Positions 33,257-36,909 of a stretch of DNA of 36,909 bases are shown here, in pieces. Within the stretch, counting starts at the first letter, position 1. Each line of letters begins with the position of its first letter. The translations under genes were made by a program, and so were the position numbers. Source of the DNA: an uncultured Nitrospiraceae bacterium (GTDB lineage Bacteria > Nitrospirota > Thermodesulfovibrionia > Thermodesulfovibrionales > UBA9159); assembly GCA_947085305.1 (NCBI GenBank), contig CAMTVV010000132.1, forward strand, positions 1 through 36,909, written 5' to 3'. A model generated the notes under the pieces. It did not search any database and was not told the DNA's origin. It was given only the letters and a program-made list of their open reading frames with translations.

Positions 33257-34143
33257 TATGTCCAAGATGCAAGGTGAAACTGAAGGTCGCCGATGAGAAG
33301 ATAGCTCCTGAAGGCACACGCTTTAAGTGCCCGAAATGCAGCACCGTTCTGCTGGTCAGGAGACCCGCGCCCAGGGTGAGACCCCTGGATAAGAACACAG
33401 TGCTTGCGGCCCACGAGGATCCTTCGGTCCTGGAGAAGATTAAGACGGTCCTCACCGCTGACGGTTACAAGGTTTTTACTGTTTCGGACGGGATAGCAGC
33501 CCTGGTAAATGCCACAAAAGAGTTGCCCTTTCTTGCAGTGCTCGGCGTTTCAATACCAAAGATCTACGGATTTGAGGTATGCCGGAGGTTAAAGAGCAGG
33601 CCCGAGACCAGGGATATGAAGGTAATCCTTATCGAATCTATCTATGATGAGAACAAGTACCGCCGGCAACCCCAGTCCCTCCACGGCGCAGACAGTTACA
33701 TTGAGAAACACCAGGTAGAAGAGATGCTCATCAAGAAAATAAACGCCCTGAAGGGGGTTCCTGAGAAGGCCGCAGCCACTTCCCAGGAGGCCGAAAAACC
33801 TATTGAGGAAACAGTAAAGGCCGGGGAAACAAGAACAGCGCCGGTCGAAGAAAAACCCCGGCAGCCCTTTGCTCAGCCACAGCCGTCTGAGACAAGTGAA
33901 GTAGTGGAAAAAGCAAAGAGACTGGCCAGGACAATACTTTCTGATATATATCTTTACAGCAAGGCAAAGGTGGACAACGCCATAAAAAATGATACTTTCC
34001 ACAGCGCATTCGCATCAGAATTAAAAGAAGGTCTCAAACTCTATGAAGCCCGTGTGTCCGCGGAAGTCAGGAGCACAGGAGACTTCTATAATGAGGCCAT
34101 AAACAACTTCATCGAGAAAAGAAAAGGAGAATTAAACCAATAA
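33247..34143 (+). CDS. Zinc-ribbon (MJ0042-type) protein with a pseudo-receiver domain and a conserved C-terminal helical domain
   Basis: CPRCKVKL...FKCPKCSTVL. The receiver-like fold has Gly at the phospho-Asp position (LAVLGVSIPKIYGFEV). C-terminal AKRLARTILSDIYLYSKAKVDNAIKNDTF. GTG start after GGAGGG, overlapping the rhomboid stop by 10 nt. Confidence 0.75.
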   Translation: MVVICPRCKVKLKVADEKIAPEGTRFKCPKCSTVLLVRRPAPRVRPLDKNTVLAAHEDPSVLEKIKTVLTADGYKVFTVSDGIAALVNATKELPFLAVLGVSIPKIYGFEVCRRLKSRPETRDMKVILIESIYDENKYRRQPQSLHGADSYIEKHQVEEMLIKKINALKGVPEKAAATSQEAEKPIEETVKAGETRTAPVEEKPRQPFAQPQPSETSEVVEKAKRLARTILSDIYLYSKAKVDNAIKNDTFHSAFASELKEGLKLYEARVSAEVRSTGDFYNEAINNFIEKRKGELNQ

Positions 34144-34219
34144 TCTTTGAAAATCAGAGATAACAGAAGAAATCAGTAGATATTTTCTCTTTTTCTCAAA
34201 TTCCTGCCGTAATAAGACC

Positions 34220-34249
34220 TTGCCATAAACAGCTTCAAACCATTATATT
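34220..34249 (+). promoter_or_regulatory. Putative groESL promoter (TTGCCA-N18-TATATT)
   Basis: The hexamers lie directly upstream of, and overlap, the CIRCE operator. Confidence 0.45.
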
Positions 34250-34274
34250 AGCACTCGTCCCAGTCGAGTGCTAA
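34248..34274 (+). promoter_or_regulatory. CIRCE operator (HrcA binding site)
   Basis: A perfect match to TTAGCACTC-N9-GAGTGCTAA, 40 nt upstream of groES. Confidence 0.95.
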
Positions 34275-34313
34275 TAACACTAATATATCTTATTTCAAGA
34301 AAGGAGATTTGCT

Positions 34314-34604
34314 ATGAAGTTTAAACCGTTGAGAGACAGAGTGCTGGTAAAATACTCTGAAGAGGCCGAAAAAACTGCGGGGGGTCTCTATATCCCTGAC
34401 ACGGCAAAGGAGAAACCGCAGAAAGGCGAGGTCGTGGCAGTGGGTCCGGGCAGGGTCACTGAGGACGGCAAGCTCCAGCCCATCTCGGTTAAGGTCGGGG
34501 ATACAGTGCTTTTCGACAAGTATTCCGGCTCAAAGGTGACCATGGATGATGTGGAGTACCTGATTATCAGGGAAGAAGATATCCTGGGAATTGTAGAAAA
34601 ATAA
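34314..34604 (+). CDS. groES: Co-chaperonin GroES
   Basis: Classic GroES sequence ([34 protein letters not shown]). AAGGAG RBS. Confidence 0.97.
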   Translation: MKFKPLRDRVLVKYSEEAEKTAGGLYIPDTAKEKPQKGEVVAVGPGRVTEDGKLQPISVKVGDTVLFDKYSGSKVTMDDVEYLIIREEDILGIVEK

Positions 34605-34615
34605 AGGAGGCGAAC

Positions 34616-36247
34616 ATGGCGAAACAACTCTTATTCGATGAAGCAGCACAGAGAGCGATACTCAGCGGCGTTACCATCCTTACCAACGCGGTCAAGGCAA
34701 CCCTTGGCCCAAAGGGAAGGAACGCGATCCTCGACAAGAAGTACGGCGCGCCCACCATTACCAAAGACGGCGTTACTGTTGCAAAGGAAATAGAGCTGAA
34801 GGACCCCTGGGAAAACATGGGCGCCCAGCTCGTGAGGGAGGTAGCATCCAAGACTTCGGATGTGGCCGGCGACGGGACCACAACAGCAACCGTCCTTGCC
34901 CATGCCATTTACCGCGAGGGAATCAAGAATGTGGTGGCAGGGGCAAATCCCATGGATCTCAAAAGAGGCATTGAAAAGGCAGTGGAAGTAGTCCTTGAGG
35001 AGCTGAAAAAGATCAGCAAGCCGGTAGTGGACAAGAGGGAGATTGCCCAGGTCGGGACCATCTCGGCTAATAACGACCCATCCATCGGTGAACTCATCGC
35101 AGAAGCCATGGACAAGGTCGGAAAAGACGGCGTCATTACTGTTGAAGAGGCAAAGAGCATGGCAACCACGCTGGACGTTGTGGAAGGCATGCAGTTTGAC
35201 CGTGGTTACATCTCCCCTTACTTCATTACCGATCCCGAAAGGATGGAGTGCAACCTCGAAGATGTATTTATCCTCATAAATGAGAAGAAGATTTCGAACA
35301 TGAAGGACCTTCTCCCCATACTGGAGCAGACCGCAAAGATGGGCAAGCCCCTCCTCATCCTCTCTGAGGACGTAGAAGGCGAAGCCCTTGCGACCCTTGT
35401 GGTGAACAAGCTCCGCGGAACAATCCAGGTCTGCGCGGTAAAGGCGCCCGGATTTGGAGACAGAAGAAAGGCAATGCTTGAAGACATCGCGATCCTCACC
35501 GGCGGCACTATGATATCCGAGGATCTCGGCATCAAACTGGAGAGCATCAAACTCTCAGACCTCGGAAGAGCAAAGAAGATCTCCATTGATAAGGAAAATA
35601 CCACTATCGTTGAGGGCGCAGGCGACCCAGCGAAGATCCAGGGCAGGGTTAAACAGATTAAGGCCCAGATAGAGGAAACCACGTCCGATTATGACCGCGA
35701 AAAGCTCCAGGAGCGTCTAGCAAAGATTGTGGGCGGCGTTGCGGTGATTAATGTGGGCGCAGCCACAGAAACCGAAATGAAGGAGAAAAAGGCCAGAGTA
35801 GAAGATGCCCTCCATGCCACACGGGCTGCGGTGGAAGAGGGAATCGTTCCCGGAGGCGGCGTTGCCTTTCTCAGGTGCCTCTCTGCACTGAAGGGCATGA
35901 AACTGGATAACCATGACCAGAAGATGGGGGTAAATATCGTGATGAAAGCCATGGAAGAGCCCATAAGGCAGATTGTGAACAATGCCGGGGTAGAGGGCTC
36001 GGTGGTTGTAGAAAAAGTAAAAGAGTCAAAGGAAGTGAATTACGGGTTTGATGCCCAGAATGAAGAGTATGTGGACATGATAAAGGCGGGTATCATCGAC
36101 CCCACAAAGGTCACCAGAACCGCGCTTCAGAATGCATCCTCCGTCGCTTCTCTTATGCTGACCACATCCGTGATGGTCGCGGACCTTCCGGAAGAGGAAA
36201 AAAAGATGCCTTCAATGCCCGGCGGCGGCATGGAAGGGATGTATTAA
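34616..36247 (+). CDS. groEL: Chaperonin GroEL
   Basis: Classic GroEL sequence ([26 protein letters not shown]-terminal GGM-type tail). AAGGAGG RBS. Confidence 0.98.
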   Translation: MAKQLLFDEAAQRAILSGVTILTNAVKATLGPKGRNAILDKKYGAPTITKDGVTVAKEIELKDPWENMGAQLVREVASKTSDVAGDGTTTATVLAHAIYREGIKNVVAGANPMDLKRGIEKAVEVVLEELKKISKPVVDKREIAQVGTISANNDPSIGELIAEAMDKVGKDGVITVEEAKSMATTLDVVEGMQFDRGYISPYFITDPERMECNLEDVFILINEKKISNMKDLLPILEQTAKMGKPLLILSEDVEGEALATLVVNKLRGTIQVCAVKAPGFGDRRKAMLEDIAILTGGTMISEDLGIKLESIKLSDLGRAKKISIDKENTTIVEGAGDPAKIQGRVKQIKAQIEETTSDYDREKLQERLAKIVGGVAVINVGAATETEMKEKKARVEDALHATRAAVEEGIVPGGGVAFLRCLSALKGMKLDNHDQKMGVNIVMKAMEEPIRQIVNNAGVEGSVVVEKVKESKEVNYGFDAQNEEYVDMIKAGIIDPTKVTRTALQNASSVASLMLTTSVMVADLPEEEKKMPSMPGGGMEGMY

Positions 36248-36280
36248 GAGAAAAGTCGCTTAACAGCGATTCGTTCAGAA

Positions 36281-36320
36281 AGAGGCGGTCGGGAAAATCC
36301 CGACCGCCTCTTTCTTTCTT
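36281..36320 (+). terminator. Rho-independent terminator after groEL
   Basis: A 13-14 bp GC-rich stem (AGAGGCGGTCGGGA / TCCCGACCGCCTCT) with an AAA loop, followed by TTTCTTTCTT. Confidence 0.85.
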
Positions 36321-36354
36321 AGCTTCTCTTCTTTGCGGAGCGGAAAGCGCGTTG

Positions 36355-36795
36355 TCAGGCATGCCTCTTTTTACTGAAGGCAATTTTCCCTTCGTTAAAC
36401 TTGTGAATGAGCATCGAAATCAGAAATTGATATGGTATCCCCTCTTCGATTGCTTTAGCCCGAATTTTCTTTAAATCTCGCTCAGTCATTCGGATATTGA
36501 TCCGCCTTTGTTTGTTCAGGCTATAGCGGGCATATGCCTCATATTTCTTTTTTTCTTTCTTATCAAGGTCGGAAATCCATTCGCCATTCAACCATTGGAA
36601 GCATCTTAACGCCCCCTCACAGAACCGTGCTTGCAGATTTCCCACACACGGCTCTTCGGTAATGCTCCCTGCAAACCTTGATAGTGTATAAGTTAGGTGA
36701 TATACCTTCGGCTCTGGCAATGGATTGTATTGCTTTGTGGCCTGAGAGGGACACGTCCCGGATTTTCTGTATAACGACACCAGCAACTTCGCCAT
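36355..36795 (-). CDS. Ribbon-helix-helix (CopG/BrnA-like) antitoxin domain ORF with a chimeric 5' half, possibly a pseudogene
   Basis: The C-terminal part (about 36355-36591) reads GEWISDL...YEAYARYSLNKQRRINIRMTERDLKKIRAKAIEEGIPYQFLISMLIHKF, typical of RHH antitoxins. The N-terminal 68 codons have no homology and read straight through a group II intron domain V motif. Confidence 0.5.
   Translation of the reverse strand: MAKLLVSLYRKSGTCPSQATKQYNPLPEPKVYHLTYTLSRFAGSITEEPCVGNLQARFCEGALRCFQWLNGEWISDLDKKEKKKYEAYARYSLNKQRRINIRMTERDLKKIRAKAIEEGIPYQFLISMLIHKFNEGKIAFSKKRHA
36622..36654 (-). mobile_element. Group II intron domain V motif (intron remnant or the 3' part of an intron)
   Basis: The minus strand reads GAGCCGTGTGTGGGAAATCTGCAAGCACGGTTC. 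It has a 9-bp lower helix with the AGC triad, a 2-nt bulge, a short upper helix and a GAAA-containing loop. It resembles the DV consensus GAGCCGTAT...GAAA...ACGTACGGTTC. Confidence 0.6.
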
Positions 36796-36830
36796 AAGCA
36801 GATGATAGGTTGATCGAAGCCCTCTGTTCT

Positions 36831-36909
36831 CTAAAGAAGTTTTTTGAATTCCTCATCGGTGAGACCGGCATCTTTGATGATTGTCTTGAGGGTGTACGGA
36901 TTCACCAGG
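36831..36909 (-). CDS. 3' end of a HicA-like toxin gene (partial, runs off the window)
   Basis: The last 25 codons, LVNPYTLKTIIKDAGLTDEEFKKLL-stop, resemble the C-terminal tail of HicA-family toxins as I recall it. Confidence 0.4.
   Translation of the reverse strand, partial: LVNPYTLKTIIKDAGLTDEEFKKLL

Noticed and set aside
36617-36871. 84-aa ORF on the minus strand as a toxin partner of the RHH antitoxin
   Set aside because: Its C-terminus (AVCGKSASTVL) is the translation of the group II intron domain V motif, and it overlaps the HicA-like tail. Any resemblance of ...LYTIKVCREHYRR to BrnT-type C-termini is too weak to support a call.

Overview
36.9 kb of bacterial chromosome, about 50% GC. 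Gene content and repeat types suggest an anaerobe of the Nitrospirota or Thermodesulfobacteriota kind, but that is only a guess.

Left part: a NarL/LuxR response regulator, rpoD, a Tat-signal DUF362 protein paired with a NapH-like membrane polyferredoxin, and an APS-kinase-like P-loop protein. lptD and folC follow on the minus strand.

A 1.4 kb accessory patch comes next: a GxxExxY protein bracketed by inverted CACAGAG repeats, a decayed PIN-toxin remnant and a small membrane ORF.

It precedes an 11-gene complex I operon on the minus strand, nuoA-B-C-D-[cNMP-binding-like gene]-H-I-J-K-L-M-N, which has no nuoE/F/G.

Head-to-head with nuoA is a plus-strand block:
- a HAMP histidine kinase with periplasmic CxxCH and Cx4CH motifs;
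- a translationally coupled cassette of DRTGG, RsbW-like kinase, DRTGG, PHP and orphan GHKL ATPase;
- a stand-alone receiver, then a receiver fused to NuoE;
- a small 2Fe-2S ferredoxin, a HydB-type NuoF, and a NuoG-like subunit whose molybdopterin domain lacks the formate-dehydrogenase catalytic residues.

Then come a rhomboid protease, a zinc-ribbon/pseudo-receiver protein and CIRCE-controlled groES-groEL. The right edge holds toxin-antitoxin debris containing a group II intron domain V motif. Intercistronic spacers are packed with short-period hairpin repeats.

The most interesting observation is the physically separated, apparently signal-gated NuoEFG-like module next to an EFG-less complex I.
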